Both the position numbers and the translations under genes were made by a program. Under the pieces are notes generated by a model, which did no database searches, was not told the origin of the DNA, and saw only the letters and a list, made by a program, of their open reading frames with translations. From contig JASTWF010000342.1 of the NCBI GenBank assembly GCA_030390025.1, forward strand, positions 248,001-312,000: 64,000 nt of DNA, given 5' to 3'. The stretch's first letter is position 1, and every line of letters starts with the position of its first letter. The stretch comes from Squalus acanthias (taxonomy: Eukaryota). Of the stretch, positions 1-9,986 are shown piece after piece.

Positions 1-642
1 CAGAGACTTTGTTTTGTAGGTGGGGGGAGGAAAGAAGAAAAGAAGAGGGCCGGAACATCCAAGGGGTGTGTGTGTGGCTTCTGTAAAAACTAGGCCGCAC
101 ACACCACTAATAAACACCCCTTCCCATTGCCTGACCTGGGACAGCTGGAGCTGCCTAGGTGAAGTCCCCAATTCAACAAACATCTAATTGGGCATCGTTA
201 AGACCTGGTGCAGGACTGAGCCTGGGCATCTCCAGCTTTCCCAGGTGAAGACATCTTCTCCCCCCACCAGAAGACCACCACCAAAGACTTTTATTTACAT
301 CGGAGAGTGCACCCCCTGCCAACACCCACCCACCCACCCACCATCCTGAGTGGCGACCCTGCCCTTGCGGCTTCCCTCCTTCCCACCCCCCCCTCTCTCT
401 CTCTTTGTCTCTTGTCTCTCTCTGCCTCTCTCTCTAAGAGGCACCTCAATCTATTTTTAAGTACCTATTGAGCAGAGGGGAGAAGGCCCCTCTCCTAATT
501 CAATCAACTAAAGGGAGAGGTGTGCCTTCAATTTAAGAGCTCCCTCTGCTCAGGGGAAAACAAGAACAAAAAAAAACCGAGGCCATTAACACCTTCAGGC
601 CTGTGACTTGGGGTGAGTGTAGCCCTTAAAGAACCCTCCATT

Positions 643-2793
643 ATGGCGAGTACATCTTCGTCGGTGGCGGGGGCAGCGAGGACGTATGCGAGCGTGGCAG
701 CCGCGGCCACGGCCGCAGCCACGAGTCCTCCTGTTACCCCGTCACCTTTTACCCTCCTTACGAGGAAGAATGGGGTCAAGAGCTACACTCACCCCAACAT
801 GACGATAGAGGCGTGCGTTAAAGCCATGGCTGGGGTTGTCGGCCCTTCAGCCATCGTCGCCGCCTCTAAAATGTATGGCAAGGCTGTGTTCTTCCTGGGG
901 TCGGAGCGGGCGGTGTCCCTGGCCATCGAGAAGGGGCTCACCGTGGGCGGGACCTTCCTGCCGGTGGACCCCCTTGAGGCCACCGCGCAAAGGATTGTGG
1001 TTTCCAACGTCCCGCCCTTTGTTCCGGGTGAGCTCCTCCTCCCCCACCTACGTCAACTGGGGGAGGTGAGGTCGGGGATCACACCCATCCCGCTCGGCTT
1101 CCGGGAAGCCAGCCTTCGGCACGTCTTCTCCTTCCGGCGCCAGCTTTTCGTCCGGCTGGCGCGGGAGGAGGACGCGGATGGCGCGTTCACGGTGCTCCAC
1201 GGGGGGACCGCCCACCGCGTCTTCTGGACCTCGGACGGCGTGCGGTGCTACGCCTGTAAGGAGGTGGGGCACGTCCGCAAAAACTGCCCCGCCTCCAAGG
1301 CCGCCACGACACCTGGCGCGGCCAGGGTTGGCGCCGCCGCCCCCCCTCCCCCTGATACTGTCCGCGCGTCGACGGCGACGGATGCGCGGTCGAAATCGGA
1401 GGCCAACTCCACCACGGCCTCCGGCGGGGAGGAGGGAGAGCGTCCGGGGGGAAGGAAGGCGCGTAGGAAAAATAAACACATAAGGGCGGATCCCCTCGCG
1501 GAGGAAACATCTGAATTGGCCGAACTCACGCCCGAGTACATCGCGGAGTTGGTCGGGACGCATGAGACTGGGGGGGTCCTCGTGCCCGGGCCCGTGACCA
1601 TGACCGCAACTGCTGAGGCAGCTGAATCAAGACCTGCGGCCGGGCTCGGGCCCGAGGGGCCCAAGAAACCCAGTCGTCGGAAAGGGGCAGAGAGGGAGGC
1701 CCCAGCAGACATGGAGGCCTCCCCCTCTCCGGGCCCCAATACGTTAAAAAGAAAGCTCCGCCCCCAGCAGGAGGACTGCGAGGAGGAAGGTCCCTCCGCA
1801 AAAGGGGGGCAGTCGCCCGCCGCGGGTGCTGCGCCCCACCCCACCACCGTCATCGTCGCGCGCGATCGGCAGGGGTCGTCTGTCCCTCGGGAGGGTGAGA
1901 CAGCCGAGTCTGTCCGACCTGTGCCTCCCGGGGATGGGGAAGAGACCCTGCCCGTGGGGGGGGGCGCGGAACAACCCGCGGAGGGAAATGTAGAACCTGA
2001 ACCGTTGCTCCTCGCCGGGTCGGGCGTCCTGGGGACTGGGGCGGGCGAGGCCAAAGAGGCTGAAGCCGAGCCCGCCTTTTATAACCCAGACATCTCCCAG
2101 GGACTGCTCGACCTGGTGGAGGAGTGTAGCAATCCCCAGCCCGCTGGGTCGGAGGTTGGTGGCGGGGAGACGGAAAGCCTCCTGACTCCGTCTCTGTTGT
2201 TGGCGCCGGACGTGCTGGAGGAATTTGGGATTATTTTCTCCCCGGTTTCTCCGGTCGCCCCGGCGCCTGAGGCGGGGGGGGGCCCCGAACCGCCGCCTCC
2301 CGGCCCGGCGCCCCTGAAGGAGCCCAGGGTGGACTCCTCTGCCACCGATCCTGGGGGTGGGATCGTGACGGAGGCGGGGCCGGCCGGTGCGGCCGAGCCG
2401 TTCGCTGCACCCTGTGTGACGGACGGATTGGCCGCTGGTGACGACCTCCCGGAGGAGGACGGGGACTCGGTGGGGGGCTTCGAGGACGATTTGGAGTCCA
2501 TCGGCAGCGAGGTGATGGACGCCCTCGTGCCCTTCACCGACTCTCCCCTCATCCCCGTAGGGGAACTCCGGGATTTTATGGCCGTGAGCCAGGGTCGTCA
2601 CAAGAAGATCCGGCTGGCCCTCGACAAGTGGTCGGAGCTGGCGCTGCTCGTCGTGTCCGTCCGCGCCGCCGTTAAAATCATGGGCGCGGACAAGGACGTT
2701 GGCCGGCTCGAGCTGCGTCGGCTCAAGACGTTCCACACTGGGCTGCTGAGGGAGTGGCGGTCGTCAGTGACCGCCCTCCCTCCCCTCCGTTAG
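643..2793 (+). CDS. Tx1 ORF1p (nucleic-acid-binding protein with CCHC zinc knuckle and long low-complexity acidic/Pro-rich C-terminal half)
   Basis: Open frame from ATG 643; N-terminal motif SAIVAASKMYGKAVFFL and RIVVSNVPPFV...FSFRRQ typical of Tx1 ORF1; CYACKEVGHVRKNC knuckle. Confidence 0.92.
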   Translation: MASTSSSVAGAARTYASVAAAATAAATSPPVTPSPFTLLTRKNGVKSYTHPNMTIEACVKAMAGVVGPSAIVAASKMYGKAVFFLGSERAVSLAIEKGLTVGGTFLPVDPLEATAQRIVVSNVPPFVPGELLLPHLRQLGEVRSGITPIPLGFREASLRHVFSFRRQLFVRLAREEDADGAFTVLHGGTAHRVFWTSDGVRCYACKEVGHVRKNCPASKAATTPGAARVGAAAPPPPDTVRASTATDARSKSEANSTTASGGEEGERPGGRKARRKNKHIRADPLAEETSELAELTPEYIAELVGTHETGGVLVPGPVTMTATAEAAESRPAAGLGPEGPKKPSRRKGAEREAPADMEASPSPGPNTLKRKLRPQQEDCEEEGPSAKGGQSPAAGAAPHPTTVIVARDRQGSSVPREGETAESVRPVPPGDGEETLPVGGGAEQPAEGNVEPEPLLLAGSGVLGTGAGEAKEAEAEPAFYNPDISQGLLDLVEECSNPQPAGSEVGGGETESLLTPSLLLAPDVLEEFGIIFSPVSPVAPAPEAGGGPEPPPPGPAPLKEPRVDSSATDPGGGIVTEAGPAGAAEPFAAPCVTDGLAAGDDLPEEDGDSVGGFEDDLESIGSEVMDALVPFTDSPLIPVGELRDFMAVSQGRHKKIRLALDKWSELALLVVSVRAAVKIMGADKDVGRLELRRLKTFHTGLLREWRSSVTALPPLR

Positions 2794-2818
2794 GTAGAGG
2801 TTGCACTATGCTTCTGAG

Positions 2819-5800
2819 ATGAAGATAACCATAGCCAGCCTCAACATCAACGGCAGCAGGGAGGCGCGCCGTAGATTCAATAACTTCTCGGTCCTTCGGG
2901 ACGGGAAATATGCGGTGTGCTTCCTGCAAGAAACCCACACCGTTCCGGGAGACGAGGCCACGTGGCTCCTGGAGTGGCAAGGAGGGGTCAGCATGAGTCA
3001 CCTCTCCAACAATTCCTGCGGGGTGGCTGTCTTGCTGGCCCCGCATTTTCAGCCGGAGATCTTGAGGGTCAAGGAGCACGTGCCGGGCCGCTTGCTCCAG
3101 GTCACTGTTCGCCTGGGAGGCGTGCCGCTCCATTTAGTGAACGTGTACGCCCCCCGGACCGGTGCGCAGCAAGTGCGCTTCTTCGGAGAAGTGTCCGCTC
3201 TTCTGGGCTCCATCGACGTGGGCGAGTGCGTCATCCTCGGGGGGGATTTCAATTGTACCCTCGAGGCGCGGGACCGGTCGGGTCCCCCGCGAAGCCCGGC
3301 GGCGATGGAGAAGTTGCGGGACCTGGTCGGGTCCTTCGACTTGGTGGACGTCTGGCGAAATCTCCATCCCGACTCCAGCGCCTTCACGAGCGTGAGGTCT
3401 GGAGGAGGAAGGTCCAGAATCGACCGCCTTTACATTTCCCGGGCGTACGTCTCCTGCGTTCCGGCGGCTTCCATGCGGCCGGTGCCGTGCACGGACCACC
3501 ACCTGGTGTGGGCGGAGCTCGCTCCGCTGCGCGCGCGGGGGGGGTCCGCGTACTGGCATTTTAACAACCTGCTGCTGGAGGACGCGCGGTTCCGGGATTC
3601 GTTTCGCCGGTTCTGGGCCGACTGGAGAAGGAAGCGGGGAGGCTTCCCCTCCTTGAGGCTATGGTGGGACGTGGGCAAGGCTCACGTCCGCGTCTTCTGT
3701 CAGGAGTACGCGAAGGGGTCGACCAAGAGGCGGGAGGCCCGGGTCGGGCGATTGGAGAAAGAAGTGCTCGACCTGGAGTCCCGTCTCGGTCAGGTCGTCG
3801 AGGACCCGGCCCTGCGGAAGGTGTACGAAGAGAAGAAGGGCGCGCTGAAGGACCTGCAGCTGGTCGGGTCCCGAGGCGCGTACGTGAGGTCGCGGATCCA
3901 GCTCCTGCGGGACCTGGACCGCGGCTCCCCCTTCTTCTACTCGCTGGAAAAAAGACGGGGGGTCCGTAAGCAGCTCTTGGGGCTGCTGGCCGACGACGGA
4001 TCTCTGGTCTCGGATCCGGAGGGCATCAGCGCGGAGGCCCGGGCCTATTACGGGGCTCTGTTCTCTTCGGATCCGTCCAGCGAGGATGCGCGCAGAGTTT
4101 TGTGGGAGGACCTGCCGAAGGTCGGCCCGGAGGGCGCCGAGAATTTAGAAGCTCCGCTAAGCCTGGCGGAGCTGACCGGCGCCCTGCGCCAGCTCTCGAG
4201 GGGCAAGTCCCCGGGGCTGGACGGGCTGACCGTGGAGTTCCACAGGGCATTCTGGGACGTCTTGGGGGACGACTACGCGCGGGTCCTGGGGGAAAGTCTG
4301 GCGACCGGGGAGATGCCCCTCTCTTGGCGCAGGGCGGTCATCGTCCTGCTGCCCAAGAAGGGCGATCTCCGCCTACTTAAGAACTGGCGCCCGGTCTCCC
4401 TCCTCAGCACGGACTACAAAATTTTCGCCAGGGCTATGTCTGCTCGCCTTGGCACCGTGCTGGCCCGCATGATTCACCCCGACCAGTCCTACACGGTCCC
4501 GGGCCGGAGTATCCACGATAACATCCATCTGGTCCGGGACCTGGTCCACCATTCCCAGAGGGCTGGTCTGTCGGTCGCCTTCCTTTCCCTGGATCAGGAG
4601 AAGGCGTTCGACAGGGTGGATCACGAGTATCTTTTCGGGACTCTGCGCGCGTTCGGGTTCGGGACGCATTTCGTCGCCCGGATCCGACTTCTGTACACCG
4701 CCGCGGAGTGTCTCATTAAAGTTAACGGGTCTTTGACGGCGCCCCTTCGCTTCGGGAGGGGGGTGCGTCAGGGATGCCCCATGTCCGGTCAGTTATACGC
4801 CGTTTGCGTGGAGCCTTTCCTGCGCCTCTTGCGGAAGAGGTTGACGGGACTGGCTCTGCAAGGGCCGGGCGTGGAGGTGGTCCTCTCGGCTTACGCCGAT
4901 GACGTGCTCCTCGCGGTCACGGATCCCGTCGACTTGCGGAGGATGCGAGAATGCCAGCAGATTTACTCGGACGCATCCTCCGCCAAGATCAACTGGGAGA
5001 AATGTTCTGGACTCCTGGTGGGCCCATGGCAGGTGGACTCCCTGCCGGAGGAGTTCGGGCCTTTCGCCTGGAGCACCACGCACCTCCTCTACCTGGGAGT
5101 CTACCTCAGCCCGGCCGAGGACGCCTGGCCGGCGAACTGGCAAGAGCTGGAGGCCAAAGTCACCGCTCGCCTAGGGCGCTGGACAGGACTGCTCCGAGTG
5201 TTGTCCTACAGGGGTCGAGCGCTGGTCATAAACCAGCTGGTGGCCGCCATGTTGTGGTACCGGTTGGTCACTTTGATCCCTCCCCCTGCGTTTGTCGCCA
5301 AGATGCAGAAGAAGCTCGTCGACTTCTTCTGGGACAAAAGGAAGCACTGGGTCTCTGCCGCGGTTTTGAGTCTCCCGCTTAGGGAGGGCGGTCAGGCGCT
5401 GGTGTGCCTTCGCACCCAGGCGGCGACTTTCCGTCTTCAGACGCTGCAGAGATACCTGTACGTGGAGAATCCTCCTAGGTGGCGTGCGCTGGCGACGTAT
5501 TTCTTCCGCCAGCTGCACGGCCTCAATTACGACACGCAGCTCCTGTTTGTGAGAGTGGGTGGCACGCGTGCCAGCCTGCGGGAGCTGCCTGTCTTCTACC
5601 AGGAACTGCTATGGGTTTGGAACAGCGTCGCCTCCGAGCGCAGTTCTCCCCCGTCAGGAGCGGCGGCCGTCCTTCGGGAGCCGCTGTTCAGGAATCCGCA
5701 CCTCCACGACCGCGGGTTCGGCTGGCTGGCGGAGGGCAGGGCTGTGCCCGGTAAGGTGACCAGAGTCGGGGACCTGCTCGATGGCGGAGGAGCGGGCTGG

Positions 5801-6718
5801 ATGGCGCCGGAGGAGTTGGCGAGGCGCATGTCTTGGGTCAACGTCCGGCTCGCGGTCAAAGCCATCGAGTCGCTAAAAGTGGCACTGGGCCCCGTCTCCA
5901 CTAGGTGTGTCGAGGAGGCTCAAGCACGTGGGGCGATCCCGTCCGAACTGACCCCCGTTCGGACGGAATTCCTTATCGGCGCCCGGCCCCGAATCCTCCC
6001 TCGGGAGCCGCCGCCTCACCACTTGAGCCTTCTCGGAGAAATGCCCTCCGTGCCCTTTCAATCCGCACGGAGGCGTTTCCTGTACGGGCTGCTCCTGCAC
6101 ACTCTCCACTTTGCCATCTTCGTCTGCCGTCCGGACACGCCTTGGCGTACCATCCTGCCGTCCGGCGGAGGCGAAGGTCCCCATTGGAAGGCTCTCTACG
6201 CGGGAGTCTTCCCTTGTTCTATTGGGGACTTGGCCTGGAGGGTGTTGCACGGAGCAGTCCCGTGCAATAGGATTTTAAGTAGGTTTACGGACTCCCAGGC
6301 TGCTTGCCATTTTTGCGGCCTGGAGGAGTCCGTTTATCACATTTATGTTGAATGTGAGAGGTTGCAGCCCCTCTTTCATTATTTGAAGGGGCTGCTCCTC
6401 AATTTCTGGTTGCACTTCAGCCCCACGCTCCTGATCTACGGTCACCCGGTGCGGAGGGGAGCGGGTAGGTCGGAGGACCTCCTCGTAGGACTGCTCCTGG
6501 GCCTGGCCAAGAAAGCCATTAATTGGTCCAGGCAGCGGGCGGTCGAGGGGGTCGTTCGGCCCGATTGCCTGCCTCTCTTCCGCGGCCATGTTCGCGCCCG
6601 GGTGGCCCTGGAGATGGAGCACGCGGTGTCCGCCGGCACGCTTGAGTTTTTCCGCGACCGGTGGGCGCCGCGGGGACTGGAGTGCATCGTCACCCCGGAC
6701 TTTCAAATTTTAATTTGA
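2819..6718 (+). CDS. Tx1 ORF2p: AP endonuclease, reverse transcriptase and C-terminal zinc finger; intact
   Basis: ASLNING, FLQETH, GGDFNC, SRIDRLY, TDHH (APE); WRPVSLL, LDQEKAFDRV, GVRQGCPMSG, AYADDV (RT); CHFCGLEESVYHIYVEC. Confidence 0.97.
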   Translation: MKITIASLNINGSREARRRFNNFSVLRDGKYAVCFLQETHTVPGDEATWLLEWQGGVSMSHLSNNSCGVAVLLAPHFQPEILRVKEHVPGRLLQVTVRLGGVPLHLVNVYAPRTGAQQVRFFGEVSALLGSIDVGECVILGGDFNCTLEARDRSGPPRSPAAMEKLRDLVGSFDLVDVWRNLHPDSSAFTSVRSGGGRSRIDRLYISRAYVSCVPAASMRPVPCTDHHLVWAELAPLRARGGSAYWHFNNLLLEDARFRDSFRRFWADWRRKRGGFPSLRLWWDVGKAHVRVFCQEYAKGSTKRREARVGRLEKEVLDLESRLGQVVEDPALRKVYEEKKGALKDLQLVGSRGAYVRSRIQLLRDLDRGSPFFYSLEKRRGVRKQLLGLLADDGSLVSDPEGISAEARAYYGALFSSDPSSEDARRVLWEDLPKVGPEGAENLEAPLSLAELTGALRQLSRGKSPGLDGLTVEFHRAFWDVLGDDYARVLGESLATGEMPLSWRRAVIVLLPKKGDLRLLKNWRPVSLLSTDYKIFARAMSARLGTVLARMIHPDQSYTVPGRSIHDNIHLVRDLVHHSQRAGLSVAFLSLDQEKAFDRVDHEYLFGTLRAFGFGTHFVARIRLLYTAAECLIKVNGSLTAPLRFGRGVRQGCPMSGQLYAVCVEPFLRLLRKRLTGLALQGPGVEVVLSAYADDVLLAVTDPVDLRRMRECQQIYSDASSAKINWEKCSGLLVGPWQVDSLPEEFGPFAWSTTHLLYLGVYLSPAEDAWPANWQELEAKVTARLGRWTGLLRVLSYRGRALVINQLVAAMLWYRLVTLIPPPAFVAKMQKKLVDFFWDKRKHWVSAAVLSLPLREGGQALVCLRTQAATFRLQTLQRYLYVENPPRWRALATYFFRQLHGLNYDTQLLFVRVGGTRASLRELPVFYQELLWVWNSVASERSSPPSGAAAVLREPLFRNPHLHDRGFGWLAEGRAVPGKVTRVGDLLDGGGAGWMAPEELARRMSWVNVRLAVKAIESLKVALGPVSTRCVEEAQARGAIPSELTPVRTEFLIGARPRILPREPPPHHLSLLGEMPSVPFQSARRRFLYGLLLHTLHFAIFVCRPDTPWRTILPSGGGEGPHWKALYAGVFPCSIGDLAWRVLHGAVPCNRILSRFTDSQAACHFCGLEESVYHIYVECERLQPLFHYLKGLLLNFWLHFSPTLLIYGHPVRRGAGRSEDLLVGLLLGLAKKAINWSRQRAVEGVVRPDCLPLFRGHVRARVALEMEHAVSAGTLEFFRDRWAPRGLECIVTPDFQILI

Positions 6719-6786
6719 TTTATTAAGTTTCATTTCAAGTTTTAATTGATTTACAGTAAATTTGCGTTCTGTCAAACCAAAAAGAT

Positions 6787-6857
6787 CAACACCAGGTTAT
6801 AGTCCAACAGCTTTATTTGAAATCACAAGCTTTCGGAGCTGCTGACGAAGGAGCAGC
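6787..6857. repeat. Penelope pLTR-derived spacer between the two Tx1 copies (probable target duplication plus target-like leader)
   Basis: CAACACCAGGTTATAGTCCAACAG (24 bp) is identical to 13955-13978; it continues as antisense pLTR to ~6844, then as sense CTGACGAAGGAGCAGC (6842-6857). Confidence 0.85.
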
Positions 6858-7815
6858 AGCAGCAGCAGAGTGGTGGTCTCTGTGAGCAGGAAGAGGAGAA
6901 GGAGACCAGACAGCAGACCACCACCAACAACCAACAACCACTACAGCTGAGGTGCCTGGAGAGAGAGGACAGGAGAGGAGAAAGAAAAGAAAGGAAGGCC
7001 AAGGCCATCAACACCAGAGGAGAGGCCTTTCCAACACTGCCTCCTCAATTGGCCTCCATTTTAGGAGAGGGAGAGAGGGGAGAAAACATCACCAACAAAC
7101 ATCAACTGTTTGGAAGGAGGGAGGAAGGAAAGAATATCAGCTACAGGTGGGTGTAATTCTGGTGCACTCTCCCAGAGACTTTGTTTTGTAGGTGGGGGGA
7201 GGAAAGAAGAAAAGAAGAGGGCCGGAACATCCAAGGGGTGTGTGTGTGGCTTCTGTAAAAACTAGGCCGCACACACCACTAATAAACACCCCTTCCCATT
7301 GCCTGACCTGGGACAGCTGGAGCTGCCTAGGTGAAGTCCCCAATTCAACAAACATCTAATTGGGCATCGTTAAGACCTGGTGCAGGACTGAGCCTGGGCA
7401 TCTCCAGCTTTCCCAGGTGAAGACATCTTCTCCCCCCACCAGAAGACCACCACCAAAGACTTTTATTTACATCGGAGAGTGCACCCCCTGCCAACACCCA
7501 CCCACCCACCCACCATCCTGAGTGGCGACCCTGCCCTTGCGGCTTCCCTCCTTCCCACCCCCCCCCTCTCTCTCTCTTTGTCTCTTGTCTCTCTCTGCCT
7601 CTCTCTCTAAGAGGCACCTCAATCTATTTTTAAGTACCTATTGAGCAGAGGGGAGAAGGCCCCTCTCCTAATTCAATCAACTAAAGGGAGAGGTGTGCCT
7701 TCAATTTAAGAGCTCCCTCTGCTCAGGGGAAAACAAGAACAAAAAAAAACCGAGGCCATTAACACCTTCAGGCCTGTGACTTGGGGTGAGTGTAGCCCTT
7801 AAAGAACCCTCCATT

Positions 7816-9961
7816 ATGGCGAGTACATCTTCGTCGGTGGCGGGGGCAGCGAGGACGTATGCGAGCGTGGCAGCCGCGGCCACGGCCGCAGCCACGAGTC
7901 CTCCTGTTACCCCGTCACCTTTTACCCTCCTTACGAGGAAGAATGGGGTCAAGAGCTACACTCACCCCAACATGACGATAGAGGCGTGCGTTAAAGCCAT
8001 GGCTGGGGTTGTCGGCCCTTCAGCCATCGTCGCCGCCTCTAAAATGTACGGCAAGGCTGTGTTCTTCCTGGGGTCGGAGCGGGCGGTGTCCCTGGCCATC
8101 GAGAAGGGGCTCACCGTGGGCGGGACCTTCCTGCCGGTGGACCCCCTTGAGGCCACCGCGCAAAGGATTGTGGTTTCCAACGTCCCGCCCTTTGTTCCGG
8201 GTGAGCTCCTCCTCCCCCACCTACGTCAACTGGGGGAGGTGAGGTCGGGGATCACACCCATCCCGCTCGGCTTCCGGGAAGCCAGCCTTCGGCACGTCTT
8301 CTCCTTCCAGCGCCAGCTTTTCGTCCGGCTGGCGCGGGAGGAGGACGCGGATGGCGCGTTCACGGTGCTCCACGGGGGGACCGCCCACCGCGTCTTCTGG
8401 ACCTCGGACGGCGTGCGGTGCTACGCCTGTAAGGAGGTGGGGCACGTCCGCAAAAACTGCCCCGCCTCCAAGGCCGCCACGACACCTGGCGCGGCCAGGG
8501 TTGGCGCCGCCGCCCCCCCTCCCCCTGATACTGTCCGCGCGTCGACGGCGACGGATGCGCGGTCGAAATCGGAGGCCAACTCCACCACGGCCTCCGGCGG
8601 GGAGGAGGGAGAGCGTCCGGGGGGAAGGAAGGCGCGTAGGAAAAGTAAACACCTAAGGGCGGATCCCCTCGCGGAGGAAACATCAGAATTGACCGAACTC
8701 ACGCCCGAGTACATCGCGGAGTTGGTCGGGACGCATGAGACTGGGGGGGTCCTCGTGCCCGGGCCCGTGACCGTGACCGCAACTGCTGAGGCAGCTGAAT
8801 CAAGACCTGCGGCCGGGGAGGGGCCCAAGAAACCCAGTCGTCGGAAGGGGGCAGAGAGGGAGGCCCCAGCAGACATGGAGGCCTCCCCCTCTCCGGGCCC
8901 CAACTTGTTAAAAAGAAAGCTCCGCCCCCAGCAGGAGGACTGCGAGGAGGAAGGTCCCTCCGCAAAAGGGGGGCAGTCGCCCGCCGCGGGTGCTGCGCCC
9001 CACCCCACCACCGTCATCGTCGCGCGCGATCGGCAGGGGTTGTCTGTCCCTCGGGAGGGTGAGACAGCCGAGTCTGTCCGACCTGTGCCTCCCGGGGATG
9101 GGGAAGAGACCCTGCCCGTGGGGGGGGGCGCGGAACAACCCGCGGAGGGAAATGTAGAACCTGAACCGTTGCTCCTCGCCGGGTCGGGCGTCCTGGGGAC
9201 TGGGGCGGGCGAGGCCAAAGAGGCTGAAGCCGAGCCCGCCTTTTACAATCCAGATATCTCCCAGGGACTGCTCGACCTGGTGGAGGACTTTAACAATCCC
9301 CAGCCCGCTGGGTCGGAGGTTGGTGGCGGGGAGACGGAAAGCCCCCTGACTCCGTCTCTGTTGTTGGCGCCGGACGCGCTGGAGGAATTTGGGATTATTT
9401 TCTCCCCGGTTTCTCCGGTCGCCCCGGCGCCTGAGGCGGGGGGGGGCGCCGAACCGCCGCCGCCGCCTCCCGGCCCGGCGCCCCTGAAGGAGCCCAGGGT
9501 GGACTCCTCTGCCACCGATCCTGGGGGTGGGATCGTGACGGAGGCGGGGCCGGCCGGTGCGGCCGAGCCGTTCGCTGCACCCTGTGCGACGGACGGGTCG
9601 GCCGCCGGTGACGACCTCCCGGAGGAGGACGGGGACTCGGTGTTGGGCGCTGAGGAAGATTTGGAGTCCATCAGCAGCGAGGCGATGGACGCCCTCGTGC
9701 CCTTCACCGACTCTCCCCTCATCCCCGTAGGGGAACTCCGGGATTTTATGGCCGTGAGCCAGGGTCGTCACAAGAAGATCCGGCTGGCCCTCGACAAGTG
9801 GTCGGAGCTGGCGCTGCTCGTCGTGTCCGTCCGCGCCGCCGTTAAAATCATGGGCGCGGACAAGGACGTTGGCCGGCTCGAGCTGCGTCGGCTCGAGTTT
9901 CCACACTGGGCTGCTGAGGGAGTGGCGGTCGTCAGTGACCGCCCTCCCTCCCCTCCGTTAG
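7816..9961 (+). pseudogene. Tx1 ORF1 copy 2, frameshifted about 20 codons before the stop
   Basis: Aligns with 643-2793; GCTCAAGACGTTCCAC becomes GCTCGAGTTTCCAC near 9897, a net 2-bp loss. Confidence 0.85.
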
Positions 9962-9986
9962 GTCGAGGTTGCACTATGCTTCTGAG

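Larger units (their letters stand above)
1..6786 (+). mobile_element. Tx1-clade (L1 group) non-LTR retrotransposon, copy 1; 5' end lies upstream of the window
   Basis: Two-ORF layout (CCHC ORF1; APE-RT-zinc-finger ORF2), 68-bp 3' UTR ending CCAAAAAGAT with no poly(A); repeated at an offset of about 7170 bp. Confidence 0.95.

Noticed and set aside
6779..6800. AAGATCAA at the Tx1 3' junction as a U2 snRNA target (Keno-like)
   Set aside because: The match is only a few bases; the downstream sequence is clearly the Penelope pLTR
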